Source: Minisyncoccota bacterium (GTDB lineage Bacteria; Patescibacteriota; Minisyncoccia; Phycocordibacterales; JABMNX01). From it: a stretch of DNA of 64,000 bases. The notes beneath the pieces were generated by a model. That model made no database searches and was not told the origin of the DNA. It saw only the letters and a list, made by a program, of their open reading frames with translations. Below, in pieces: positions 1 to 10,335 of the stretch (its first letter is position 1; every line of letters starts with the position of its first letter). The stretch lies in assembly GCA_040876885.1 (NCBI GenBank), contig JBBDOU010000012.1, forward strand, positions 5,986-69,985, written 5' to 3'. Position numbers and translations under genes: made by a program.

Positions 1-1203
<1,203 letters not shown>

Positions 1204-1205
1204 AC

Positions 1206-1442
1206 ATGTTTTTTCTTACGATAACAGCGGTCAACACAAAGTTATTTGAGGGAGAGGTTTCTTCTGTGACTGCGCCTGCCGACGAGGGTGAGGTGACAAT
1301 ACTCGCGCATCACGAACCATTTGTGTCAGTCCTAAAAAAGGGAATTATCACTGTTCGAGTTGAAGGAGCAGAACCAAAATCTTTTGAAGTGGAGAAAGGG
1401 ATTCTTGAAGTCGGAGGAAACAAGGCTACTATCTTAGTATAG
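1206..1442 (+). CDS. atpC: ATP synthase F1 epsilon subunit (short form, beta-sandwich domain only)
   Basis: 78 aa. It starts 3 nt after the atpD stop. The conserved GEVSSVTAPADEGEVTILAHHEP sandwich region is present. Confidence 0.85.
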   Translation: MFFLTITAVNTKLFEGEVSSVTAPADEGEVTILAHHEPFVSVLKKGIITVRVEGAEPKSFEVEKGILEVGGNKATILV

Positions 1443-1748
1443 CGTTTGACTATTTTTTGCGGTGCAGTTGACCTCGTCACCCACATAGGGTACACATAGC
1501 AGTCATTTTGGCGGTCGGACCGCCAAAAGTAGCTGGTGTCAGTCGAAGTAACAGTCGCTCGGATTACTACTTTGCTATACAGCTCTGATACCTACCATTA
1601 AACGTCACGGTTTTGTATGGTCTCGAACTAGAGTTCGTAACCACACATGATTGGTAATATGTCCAAGAAAGCGTTTGGGATGGAAGACTTCTCTTGAAGT
1701 ATTTACCAAGGGTGTTGCACTAACAGGTTGAATGTACCCCCCGTGTGC

Positions 1749-1777
1749 TTGACTTTTCATATCAGATATGATATAAT
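1749..1777 (+). promoter_or_regulatory. Perfect-consensus sigma70-type promoter (TTGACT-N17-TATAAT)
   Basis: TTGACT lies at 1749-1754 and TATAAT at 1772-1777 with an exact 17-nt spacer. It sits about 55 nt upstream of a small ORF with an ideal SD. Confidence 0.6.
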
Positions 1778-1839
1778 TAATATAGAAAGTTAAGGAATCC
1801 CTTAACAAAGCACTCACATCATTTTCAAGGAGAAAAAAG

Positions 1840-1971
1840 ATGCATGAGTTTCAAATCTCAATGCAGAAGCGTCACAACGAGGAACTCGCAGAGTTTATCT
1901 GCACAGGGATTCTTGTTGTCGGGATTACAATCATCGAGATTTATCTCTACTTGCACCCGACAATCGGGTAA
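1840..1971 (+). CDS. Small membrane peptide, 43 aa (MHEFQISMQKRHNEELAEFICTGILVVGITIIEIYLYLHPTIG), missing from the ORF track because it is under 60 aa
   Basis: AAGGAG at 1827-1832 lies 7 nt before the ATG. The peptide has a charged N-terminus and one hydrophobic helix. An intrinsic terminator follows immediately. Confidence 0.55.
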   Translation: MHEFQISMQKRHNEELAEFICTGILVVGITIIEIYLYLHPTIG

Positions 1972-1981
1972 AGTATATCAA

Positions 1982-2009
1982 GGCCGCAACACATTAGTTG
2001 CGGCCTTTT
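1982..2009 (+). terminator. Rho-independent terminator (GGCCGCAAC-loop-GTTGCGGCC followed by TTTT)
   Basis: A 9-bp GC-rich perfect stem with a 6-nt loop, followed by a T-run. Confidence 0.75.
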
Positions 2010-2058
2010 CAATTTTGATTTGGTTTAATATCTGCAGAAAAGGTGGTAGGCTTGCCTC

Positions 2059-2343
2059 ATGTTTAAACGAGTAACTGAAGACTTCCAGTGTGCGTACTGC
2101 GGTGAGCAGGTTATTGGTAACGGCTACACAAACCATTGCCCTGAATGCTTGTGGAGTATGCATGTTGATATTGAACCTGGAGACCGGGCTTCTGAGTGCA
2201 AGGCGCTCATGCGGCCTGTTTCTTTTGAGGAAAAGAAAGGAACGTATACCATATTACACCGATGCACGGGGTGTAGTCTTGAGAAGCACAACAAACTTCA
2301 AGAGAATGATGTATTTGACCCCGAACAAGTACTCCATAGTTAG
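2059..2343 (+). CDS. RNHCP-like zinc-ribbon protein (CxxC, NHCPEC, CxGC)
   Basis: 94 aa with three cysteine pairs. The Y-T-N-H-C-P-E-C motif resembles the RNHCP domain signature. A weak hairpin plus T-run follows at 2359-2385. Confidence 0.5.
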   Translation: MFKRVTEDFQCAYCGEQVIGNGYTNHCPECLWSMHVDIEPGDRASECKALMRPVSFEEKKGTYTILHRCTGCSLEKHNKLQENDVFDPEQVLHS

Positions 2344-2379
2344 ATAGGCTACGTGCGCGACTCATTATCGGTGAGTTTT

Positions 2380-5300
2380 TTATTTTAGAACACCAGGCTT
2401 TCGGTAGTAAAGGATTGGGACAATAACAAGGGTGAGCAATACCGCAAAGAGAAGACCAAAGATGATTGACCATGCAAGCGGTTCCCAAAGGTCTGATGCA
2501 TACGTAAGTGGAAAGATACCGACTACCGTGGTGATGGTAGTAAGAAGAATGGGGCGGAGTCTCAGCGAAGCCCCTTCAAGTACTATTTCTTTTATATCAC
2601 GTTCCGGTGCGCTCTTTTTGCGTATCTCATTAATAGTGTCAATAAGAATAATTGAGTTGTTTACCACAATTCCTGTGAGTGCAATAAATCCCATCATAGA
2701 AGGGAAGGAGAGTGCCTTACCGGTTACCGCGAGTCCTATCATAATACCAATAAGGGCGAGTGGTGTAACTGAAAGGACGTAGAGCGCGTGGCGGTATGAG
2801 TTAAACTGAAGTACTAGGATCGCAAGCATGAGGAGAAGTCCTACAATAAGCGCGTAGAACATCTCTTTAAAAGCTTGATTGTTCTCTTCATTTTCGCCTC
2901 CTATGTGCATAGAAGTTCCTGCTGGTAATACGAGTTCTGTTTCAGCACGTGTTTTAAATTCTGCGATAATCTCACGAAGGTTTCCGTCTGCGGTTAACTG
3001 TGCATTTGCGGTTGTGACTCGTTTTGTATCTTCATGAGAGATCGTGGTGTTGTTTTTTGCGAGCGTTGTCTTAAGTACTGAACCAAGAAGGATTGGTCCG
3101 TTTGGGGTTTGAATAGAGAGTTGGTTCAGCGCGTCTATCGTTGTACGGTTCGTGTCGTGTGCATCAAGGTAGTCTGTATTTAGATTGAGTCGCACCATAA
3201 CCTTAATGTCTTCATCAGAGCTTTTGATTGATGTTGCCTCAACACCGCTTACTGCTGCTCGAAGGGTTTGTGAGATAATGCTTGCATCAAGTCCAAGCAC
3301 TGTTGCCTTTGCCGTATCAACTTCAACGACGAACTGGATACCGTCATTTTTTGCACTCGTCGTCACATCTGAGGTCCCGGGGATTCCTTCTAAAATTTCT
3401 GCTGTTTTGGAAGAAAGCTCCTCGATTGCGTCTAGGTTTTCTCCAAGGAAGTTAATAACGATTGGTGTTCCTGTTGGGGGTCCGTCACTTGCTTGAGAGA
3501 CACGAACTATAGAAGAGTGGATATCTTTAAAATCAGCACGGAGCACCTCGACCATTTCTGTAGAAGTGATTGCTCGGTCGTCTCGTAAGGTGATAAATAT
3601 ATTTGCGAGTTTTGGGTTCACGCCACCATTTCCGGTAAACGCACTTGATCCGCCACTGGTGACCAGGAAAGAATCAATAATGGAGTACGAATATAAGATC
3701 TCCTCAACCTTACGTATTTCAAGGTCAGACTGAGCAAGAACAGTTCCTTCAGGAAGCTCGGTCTCGATAATGATAAAACTCTGGTCACTTGTTGCAAAAA
3801 ACTCTACCTTTACCAAGCCAATAATAGGAAATGAAAGCGTTATAAAGAATACTACAATAGCTCCCCAGACCCACATGCGTTCACGCTTCCTGTTTCCTAA
3901 AATGCTGTCTATTTTATTGCGGTACCACTGTTGCAGTTTTTCTGTGTAATACGCCTGTTTCTTTTCAACTGCGTTAGTGTCCCGCCTCCGTAGTACGAGG
4001 GAGCTAATAAGTGGGATAAAACCAAGTGCAACAAGTAACGATGCAAGGAGTACAAATATAATGGTAAATGGAATCGTCGCAATAAACTGACCCGTGACTC
4101 CTGAAATAAAGAAGAGTGGTGCAAACACCGCAACAGTAGTCATTGTTCCTGAGGTAAGGGGCATGTAGAAGGTTCTAATAGCCTCAAGCACTGCTTTCTT
4201 CTTATCCCCATCAGGGTGATGCTTCATGTTTCGGTTTATACCTTCCACAATCACAATTGCGGAATCAACGAGAATACCAATTGCTAAGATAAGCGCAAAA
4301 AGGGAGACGAAGTTGAGCGTGTTCCCAGATTGATTAAGTGCAATGAAGGCAATCGTAAAGGAAAGGGGAATTGCGGACCCCGCGACAAGTGCTTCTCTCC
4401 AACCGATAGCAATAAAGAGCACAATCATAACAAGGAGTACTGTTTGTAATCCTGAAGTTGTGAGGCTGGTGAGGTCTTTTTTAAGCTGTTCTCCTGTGTC
4501 GTAGACTATAAGAGTATTTACACCTTCAAGAATACCTCCACCACTTTTTAATGCTTCAATTCTTTCTTGTACTGCTTTGGTTATTTTTGTAACATCTCCA
4601 CCACTTCGTTTAAAGACATCAAAAGAAAGTGCTGACTGAGAAGGTTCTCCTTGTAGAGAAAAACGTGAATGCGTACGGGCGACAGAGAGACCATCAATAA
4701 CGGTAGCAACATCACGTACGTATACAGGCTCTCCTCCAGATTCGAGAATGGCAATGTCGGCGACTTCTCGAGGGTCGTCAATGTTTCCCTCAAATTGCAC
4801 GTTGTATTCAATATTATTGACAACGATATTTCCAATCGGGAAAGTGTTGTTTGCTCTAGATATCGCACTGATAACATCGAGGAGTCTTAGGTTGAAAGTG
4901 TTCAGCGCTTCTCGGTTTACAATTACTTGCGTCTCTCGTTCTCTAAAACCACCAATGTTTACATCTGAGACTCCAGGAACTCGTTTTATTTCCTCCTCAA
5001 CCTTTTGGGCAAGACGAACAAGCTCTTGTTCTGGCAAGTCTGACGCAATAGCAAAGGTGATGACCGGTTGGTTTACAAAGTTGACATCACTCACAAGAGG
5101 GTCGTTTGTATCAGTAGGGAGTTCAGGTTTTATCTTATCTACCGCATCTTTCAGATCTCGTATTGAGTCGTCTATATCCGCACTCGCATCAAACTCAACA
5201 ACAACAGTAGAAACACCTTCTTGAGAAGAAGAGGTGATTTTTTTCACCTCATCAAGTGTATTATTGAGTGCACTTTCTAATTTGTTTGTAATGAGCGTCT

Positions 5301-5481
5301 CAATGTCGAATGCTGATGCACCCGTGAGTACTGTTGTAACAACACCTACTGGAACCTGTACTTCAGGCGCAGACTCTTTTGGAATTGAAATAAGAGAACT
5401 TGCACCAAAACCAATAAGGGCAATGATGAAGAGATAGCTAAAATTTCGATGTTTTGTGAAAAAACTCCAGAATGAATACAT
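2380..5481 (-). CDS. RND family efflux permease (AcrB/AcrD/AcrF-like, 12 TM)
   Basis: 1033 aa with alternating TM bundles and large periplasmic loops, and typical RND conserved blocks. It lies immediately downstream of an adaptor gene on the same strand. Confidence 0.9.
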   Translation of the reverse strand: MYSFWSFFTKHRNFSYLFIIALIGFGASSLISIPKESAPEVQVPVGVVTTVLTGASAFDIETLITNKLESALNNTLDEVKKITSSSQEGVSTVVVEFDASADIDDSIRDLKDAVDKIKPELPTDTNDPLVSDVNFVNQPVITFAIASDLPEQELVRLAQKVEEEIKRVPGVSDVNIGGFRERETQVIVNREALNTFNLRLLDVISAISRANNTFPIGNIVVNNIEYNVQFEGNIDDPREVADIAILESGGEPVYVRDVATVIDGLSVARTHSRFSLQGEPSQSALSFDVFKRSGGDVTKITKAVQERIEALKSGGGILEGVNTLIVYDTGEQLKKDLTSLTTSGLQTVLLVMIVLFIAIGWREALVAGSAIPLSFTIAFIALNQSGNTLNFVSLFALILAIGILVDSAIVIVEGINRNMKHHPDGDKKKAVLEAIRTFYMPLTSGTMTTVAVFAPLFFISGVTGQFIATIPFTIIFVLLASLLVALGFIPLISSLVLRRRDTNAVEKKQAYYTEKLQQWYRNKIDSILGNRKRERMWVWGAIVVFFITLSFPIIGLVKVEFFATSDQSFIIIETELPEGTVLAQSDLEIRKVEEILYSYSIIDSFLVTSGGSSAFTGNGGVNPKLANIFITLRDDRAITSTEMVEVLRADFKDIHSSIVRVSQASDGPPTGTPIVINFLGENLDAIEELSSKTAEILEGIPGTSDVTTSAKNDGIQFVVEVDTAKATVLGLDASIISQTLRAAVSGVEATSIKSSDEDIKVMVRLNLNTDYLDAHDTNRTTIDALNQLSIQTPNGPILLGSVLKTTLAKNNTTISHEDTKRVTTANAQLTADGNLREIIAEFKTRAETELVLPAGTSMHIGGENEENNQAFKEMFYALIVGLLLMLAILVLQFNSYRHALYVLSVTPLALIGIMIGLAVTGKALSFPSMMGFIALTGIVVNNSIILIDTINEIRKKSAPERDIKEIVLEGASLRLRPILLTTITTVVGIFPLTYASDLWEPLAWSIIFGLLFAVLLTLVIVPILYYRKPGVLK

Positions 5482-5494
5482 GGTTTATGAGTGA

Positions 5495-7087
5495 TTATTC
5501 GGTTATTACTGTTTGTTTTTCTTTTAGTCCACGAGCGTCAGTGACGATATACATTTCAGGATTTATACCCGCAGTGATTTCAACTTTGTCTCCGAGTATT
5601 CTTCCTATAGTTACTTTATGCGACACAAGGGTGTTTTCAGAGGAAAGTGTGAAGACAAACGCGTCAGTGGTTGTAATTTTTAGTGCTGAGATAGGGATAA
5701 AGATGTCTTTGATTTCAGAAGATGACGCGGGTCGAGAGCGGGTTACTTTCACTTCAACCGAGGCACCTTGTGTAATAGCACTTCCCTCGTCAGTAACACC
5801 GATGCGTATTTGGATTTTCTTTGTTTGAGGATCAAGCCCTGGTGAAATTGAAGTGACGACACCATTTAATGTATCAGCAATTAATGCAGTATTTCCTACG
5901 GCGATATTATTTCGTTCGCTTTCTGTTATAAATGCAGTTATTTCAAGTGCGTTACTATTTGAGACGATGGCAGCTGGTTCAAATAGTGAAACAAAGTCGC
6001 CTGTTGAAAGAGAGAGAGAAGAAATACGCCCACTTATTGGTGTTCGCACTCTGGTCTTTTCTAGGTTTGCTTGCGCCACTCGAAGCGCAGCTTCCGCTGA
6101 GGTGATATCTTCTTCTCGTTCCCCAGTAATACCTTTACTGTTATTTTCTTGTGCAATTTTAAGTGCGCTCTCAGCACCGTCGAGGTACTGTTTTTGAGTT
6201 GCGAGCGCACTCAAGCTCGAGAGAATGCTTGTGCGAGCACCTGAGACACTTGTCTTGTAAGTCTCTATTTGGCTTGAACTAACCTCGGGAGTGTTTACGG
6301 CTGTGTTGAGTGCGGCAAGTATTGTATCGAGGTATCGTTTAATCACATCGAGCCCCTCCGTTGTGGAGGAGTACTCTCTATTCAAATCGTCTTCAACCGC
6401 AAGATTATTTCGTGTATCTTTAAAGCCTAAGAGGATTGCTTCTACCGCTACACGTGTAGTCTCGATATTAGTCTCGAGTTGGTTCTCTGAGACAGTAATA
6501 TTTATTTGTGGGTTCTGAGAGCTTGCGTTACTGACTATTTGGTCAGCACTTCGTGTAATCACATCATCAGCTGTTGCATACGCTGAGAAGAGCGTGTTTA
6601 TAGATTGTCGCTTTGTATTTACAAGATCACTCTCGGCATTTTTAAGATTAATGGTAAGGATAGAGAGCTCTTCGTTACGGCTTCCTTTCTGAACCTTATC
6701 AAGATTTGCTTGCGCCTGTGCAACAGAAGCCCGCTCACCAGTATTTTTTATTTCCGCAATAATTGCTCCAGCTGCAACAAAATCTCCAACATTTCTATAC
6801 ACGCCAGTGATTGTTCCGGAAGACTCTGTTCGGAGAATCGCCTCTTTCTCTGACCGCACCGTTCCAATAATTGAGAGTGGAGTCGTTTCTGTTGAGAGTG
6901 TCGCCACTTGCTCAACGGTCACTTTTCGAGATTGTGCGTCTCGAGTGATTTCATCAAGCACAGAACCGCCGGTGAATCTCAAAACTCCGATAAGGAGAAT
7001 AAAAAGCACTGCAATAGTCGTCCAAAGGATATACCGGTCTCTACGTCCGAATTGCTGGTATTTTTGAAATAATCTTTTATGAATCAT
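5495..7087 (-). CDS. Efflux periplasmic adaptor / membrane fusion protein (HlyD/EmrA-like, very long coiled coil)
   Basis: 530 aa. It has an N-terminal TM anchor, a lipoyl/beta-barrel signature (GTVRSEKEAIL, GDFVAAGAIIAEI), an extended alpha-hairpin and a C-terminal beta domain. It is co-directional with, and 13 nt upstream of, the RND gene. Confidence 0.8.
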   Translation of the reverse strand: MIHKRLFQKYQQFGRRDRYILWTTIAVLFILLIGVLRFTGGSVLDEITRDAQSRKVTVEQVATLSTETTPLSIIGTVRSEKEAILRTESSGTITGVYRNVGDFVAAGAIIAEIKNTGERASVAQAQANLDKVQKGSRNEELSILTINLKNAESDLVNTKRQSINTLFSAYATADDVITRSADQIVSNASSQNPQINITVSENQLETNIETTRVAVEAILLGFKDTRNNLAVEDDLNREYSSTTEGLDVIKRYLDTILAALNTAVNTPEVSSSQIETYKTSVSGARTSILSSLSALATQKQYLDGAESALKIAQENNSKGITGEREEDITSAEAALRVAQANLEKTRVRTPISGRISSLSLSTGDFVSLFEPAAIVSNSNALEITAFITESERNNIAVGNTALIADTLNGVVTSISPGLDPQTKKIQIRIGVTDEGSAITQGASVEVKVTRSRPASSSEIKDIFIPISALKITTTDAFVFTLSSENTLVSHKVTIGRILGDKVEITAGINPEMYIVTDARGLKEKQTVITE

Positions 7088-7230
7088 AGTGTGTATAAAG
7101 TTAATATACGCTAAAGAATACTACATCGATTTTGTTAAATCAAAGAAGGTTCAAAGCTCAGTCATTAACTGAAAAGTGGGCATAATCTGGTAGTGCCTAA
7201 AAGAGATGTTTTTGGTACACTGACAAGCAT

Positions 7231-7452
7231 ATGTTTAAAAATATGTTAATGAAGCGGTTACTTAAGTCTAAGATGAAGGACGTCCCTGAAGAACAGCAGA
7301 ACATGATTTTAGGGGCTATTGAAAAGAACCCAGATTTTTTTCAAAAAATTGGAGTCGAGATTCAAGCAAAAATGAAAGGTGGCAAAGACCAGATGACTGC
7401 AACGATGGAGGTAATGCAGGCGCATCAGGAGGAGTTGCGGAAGATGATGTAA
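7231..7452 (+). CDS. Hypothetical small helical protein (73 aa)
   Basis: Open reading frame only. No recognisable family, and the start codon is uncertain. Confidence 0.35.
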   Translation: MFKNMLMKRLLKSKMKDVPEEQQNMILGAIEKNPDFFQKIGVEIQAKMKGGKDQMTATMEVMQAHQEELRKMM

Positions 7453-7502
7453 GTGTTTAATTCTAATAATTAAGTATAGTAACTTCTCAATTTATACAGA
7501 CA

Positions 7503-7973
7503 GTGGGGCAGTTTGGTCTCACGCTTGCTGTTGGTGCATCAACCTTTGCACTCATCTTTTATTATGTAGCAATTCAAGATGGTATTATTGATGCATCTGA
7601 GAAACGTTTTATGCATGTAGTGTATAGAGTACTTCGTGTTGGACTGGTTCTTATTATTGTAACTGAGTTGTGTCTGGCACTCTTTCATTATATGCAGGAT
7701 GGTTTTTTATTTTTTAAAAATGAATTCCTTCTCTTCACGTGGACAGTTCTTGCGGTCATTGTATGTAATGCCATACTTATGCAAAAACATAAGATGCCTA
7801 TGTGGCTTGGTCCGGCACTTGCTGGGGGTTCGTGGTACACACTGGCTCTTGTTCACGCGTTTCCTCCCGCAGCACTTTCCTCGTATACAACTCTCGGTGT
7901 ATACTACGTCACGTTTGTAGCTCTTATGGTGGTAGCATTAAAAATTATAAAAATGGTTTACTCAAAGAAATAA
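7503..7973 (+). CDS. Hypothetical integral membrane protein (about 4 TM)
   Basis: GTG start. Hydrophobic segments run throughout and there is no family match. Confidence 0.45.
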   Translation: MGQFGLTLAVGASTFALIFYYVAIQDGIIDASEKRFMHVVYRVLRVGLVLIIVTELCLALFHYMQDGFLFFKNEFLLFTWTVLAVIVCNAILMQKHKMPMWLGPALAGGSWYTLALVHAFPPAALSSYTTLGVYYVTFVALMVVALKIIKMVYSKK

Positions 7974-7997
7974 CAACATAATCGCAGATTTTAATTT

Positions 7998-8594
7998 ATG
8001 ACATCAAAAAAAATATTTATCTTAGTGGGGCACCCCGACACAGAATCTTTAGTGAGTTCTTTAGCACTCTCCTATGCAGAAGGGGCACAAGCAGGGGGGC
8101 ATGAGGTGCGTCATATGAATATTGGTGAGATGCACTTTGATCCCATTCTTCATAAGGGGTATAAGGAAATACAGGCACTTGAGCCAGATTTACTCAAAGC
8201 ACAAGAAAATTTCAAATGGGCTGACCATATTATTATCCTGTATCCAAACTGGTGGTGTTCAATGCCCGCAATCCTCAAGGGGATGTTTGACCGTATGTGG
8301 CTTCCAGGGTTTGCATTCAATTTTAAAAAAGATAAAGACGGTAACCGTACCTCAAAATTGATCAAAATGTTTGAAGGTAAAAGCGCTCGAGTAGTGGTGA
8401 CCACGGGGACACATCCACTTATGATTCGTTTCCATTTTGGGGATTACACAAATGAGATTATTAGAGGTATTTTGGGGTTCTCTGGAATTCATCCAGTACG
8501 TCTTTCTACGTTTGGGCCAAGTGAGAAGGCGTCAGATGCTGAGAAGGATTCATGGCGAGATGCGATGCATCGACTGGGAAGGAAATCTAAATAA
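7998..8594 (+). CDS. Flavodoxin-like NAD(P)H dehydrogenase (quinone), Flavodoxin_2 / MdaB-KefF-like
   Basis: N-terminal ILVGHP, conserved LYPNWW with a following WLPGFAF block, about 200 aa. Confidence 0.75.
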   Translation: MTSKKIFILVGHPDTESLVSSLALSYAEGAQAGGHEVRHMNIGEMHFDPILHKGYKEIQALEPDLLKAQENFKWADHIIILYPNWWCSMPAILKGMFDRMWLPGFAFNFKKDKDGNRTSKLIKMFEGKSARVVVTTGTHPLMIRFHFGDYTNEIIRGILGFSGIHPVRLSTFGPSEKASDAEKDSWRDAMHRLGRKSK

Positions 8595-8599
8595 ATATT

Positions 8600-9697
8600 A
8601 TGTCACTATCAATCGGAATTGTAGGGCTTCCAAATGTTGGGAAGTCCACCTTATTTAACGCGTTAACGAAGCGCTCAGTACCAGCGGAGAATTTTCCGTT
8701 TTGTACCATTGACCCCTCTGTGGGAGTTGTTGCGGTTCCCGATAAACGACTTGAGGTATTGAGTCAGTTATCAAAATCTGCGAAAACAGTGCCAACCGCA
8801 ATTGAGTTTGTTGATATTGCAGGTTTGGTTAAAGGTGCGTCAGACGGGGAGGGATTGGGAAATAAATTTCTCTCGCATATTCGTGAAGTTGATGCTATTG
8901 CACACATTGTGCGTCTCTTTGAGGATTCCGACATTACTCACATACACGGGACGATAGACCCCGTTGACGATATCACGGTAATTAACTTGGAGCTCATTAT
9001 GGCTGATATGCAGACGACCGCAAAACGACTGCAATCAATAGAGCGCGAGGTGCGTCGTGGAGATACGGAGGCTGTGTTCGAACATGGGGTTGTTGCGAAA
9101 GTGCTGAAGACTCTCGAGAGTGGGCACTTGGCATTAAAGACTGATTTAAATGAAAAGGAGACAGAGACTATTACAGGGTTGCATCTGCTTACAATGAAGC
9201 CAATGCTGTACGTGCTTAATAAGAAGGCGAGCGCACTGAATTTAGATGAAGAAAATGGAGACCGGTACGCGCGACTCTTAGGATTCTTGGAAGAGACTCA
9301 TTCGGAATACGTTATTATTGATGCAGGGGTTGAGCACGAGCTTAAAGATGTCTCAGGAGACGATCGTGAAGAATTCCTGCGAGAGTTTGGAGTTGTTGAG
9401 GATGGTGTGAGTGCATTTATTCAAACAGGATACCGACTATTAAATTTAATTACTTTTTTTACAACAGGAGAAGATGAAACGCGTGCGTGGACAATACTTA
9501 CGGGTAGCACCGCTCCTATTGCGGGAGCCGCTATTCACTCAGACTTTAGAGAGAAGTTTATCCGGGCTGAAGTAGTTGCGTATGAAAAGCTGGTGGAAGC
9601 ACAGACCTATGCGGTAGCACGAGAAAAGGGGTGGGTGCGCACTGAAGGGAAGGAGTATGTGGTTGCAGACGGTGACATTATCGAGTTTAGAATATAA
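8600..9697 (+). CDS. ychF: Ribosome-binding ATPase YchF (Obg-family)
   Basis: [19 protein letters not shown]-loop, a TGS-like C-terminus ending in GDIIEFRI, 365 aa. Confidence 0.9.
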   Translation: MSLSIGIVGLPNVGKSTLFNALTKRSVPAENFPFCTIDPSVGVVAVPDKRLEVLSQLSKSAKTVPTAIEFVDIAGLVKGASDGEGLGNKFLSHIREVDAIAHIVRLFEDSDITHIHGTIDPVDDITVINLELIMADMQTTAKRLQSIEREVRRGDTEAVFEHGVVAKVLKTLESGHLALKTDLNEKETETITGLHLLTMKPMLYVLNKKASALNLDEENGDRYARLLGFLEETHSEYVIIDAGVEHELKDVSGDDREEFLREFGVVEDGVSAFIQTGYRLLNLITFFTTGEDETRAWTILTGSTAPIAGAAIHSDFREKFIRAEVVAYEKLVEAQTYAVAREKGWVRTEGKEYVVADGDIIEFRI

Positions 9698-9698
9698 T

Positions 9699-9728
9699 TT
9701 GACATTGTACAATATAGTATGGTATAAT
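9699..9728 (+). promoter_or_regulatory. Consensus promoter TTGACA-N18-TGgTATAAT driving the secreted-protein gene
   Basis: TTGACA at 9699-9704 and an extended -10 TGGTATAAT ending at 9728. It is followed by a GAGGT SD 7 nt before the ATG at 9768. Confidence 0.6.
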
Positions 9729-9767
9729 ATATAATAGAATATCATCTTTTGAAATGAGGTAACAACA

Positions 9768-10220
9768 ATGCGTTTTACATCGCTCCTGCTTGTAATTCTA
9801 TTCCTCTGTGCTCCGCAAGATGCACAGGCAGAAAAAACCGAAGAAACATGTCTCTCAATCTTCGTGACCGGACGACCAAAGGTTGACGATATACTTCGTA
9901 TATCGTTACCTCACTTGGGCTTTTCCTGTACCGAAGAGGAAGTCTTGGTTCCTAAAGTTATTCTTGAAGTGAACCAGATTCGTCCCATCAGAAAGGGTGC
10001 GGGTGAGTACGCAGTTCTCTTTTCCGCACGGGTTTTCTTTGAGGGTAGGTTACACCAGGAAATCATCTGGAGCGGAGAGTCTGCTCCTCGTGTCTATTCC
10101 GACGCAGGAATCTCCCTGGACGACATGATTGATTCCGGTGGAGTCGCTGAGGCAATCTTTGCTGGGAAGGATGATTTGCACTCTCTTATACAAATACTCA
10201 GTCAAGAAAAGACCCAGTAA
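9768..10220 (+). CDS. Secreted hypothetical protein (signal peptide, AQA/EK cleavage site)
   Basis: An N-terminal signal peptide, a strong promoter and SD, and a terminator directly downstream. Confidence 0.6.
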   Translation: MRFTSLLLVILFLCAPQDAQAEKTEETCLSIFVTGRPKVDDILRISLPHLGFSCTEEEVLVPKVILEVNQIRPIRKGAGEYAVLFSARVFFEGRLHQEIIWSGESAPRVYSDAGISLDDMIDSGGVAEAIFAGKDDLHSLIQILSQEKTQ

Positions 10221-10227
10221 AAAACTA

Positions 10228-10261
10228 AAGTCCGCCGATGTCATGTCAGGCGGACTTTTTC
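10228..10261 (+). terminator. Rho-independent terminator (AAGTCCGCC-loop-GGCGGACTT, then TTTT)
   Basis: A 9-bp perfect stem with a T-run. Confidence 0.75.
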
Positions 10262-10335
10262 ACCTGTATTGTATCGCCTCTATCGACAAGGTATACTTTT
10301 GAGTACTTGATTAATCATAATCTTTACACACATCT

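Noticed and set aside
1605-1817. 70-aa minus-strand ORF in the atpC-downstream gap
   Set aside because: It contains the plus-strand consensus promoter, has no SD and a non-protein-like composition. The region is more likely non-coding.
2432-5437. Several + strand ORFs of 60-160 aa inside the RND permease gene (2432-2782, 3185-3496, 4669-4890, 4748-5224, 5234-5437)
   Set aside because: They are antisense to a confidently identified 1033-aa gene, have low-complexity translations and lack start-site signals.
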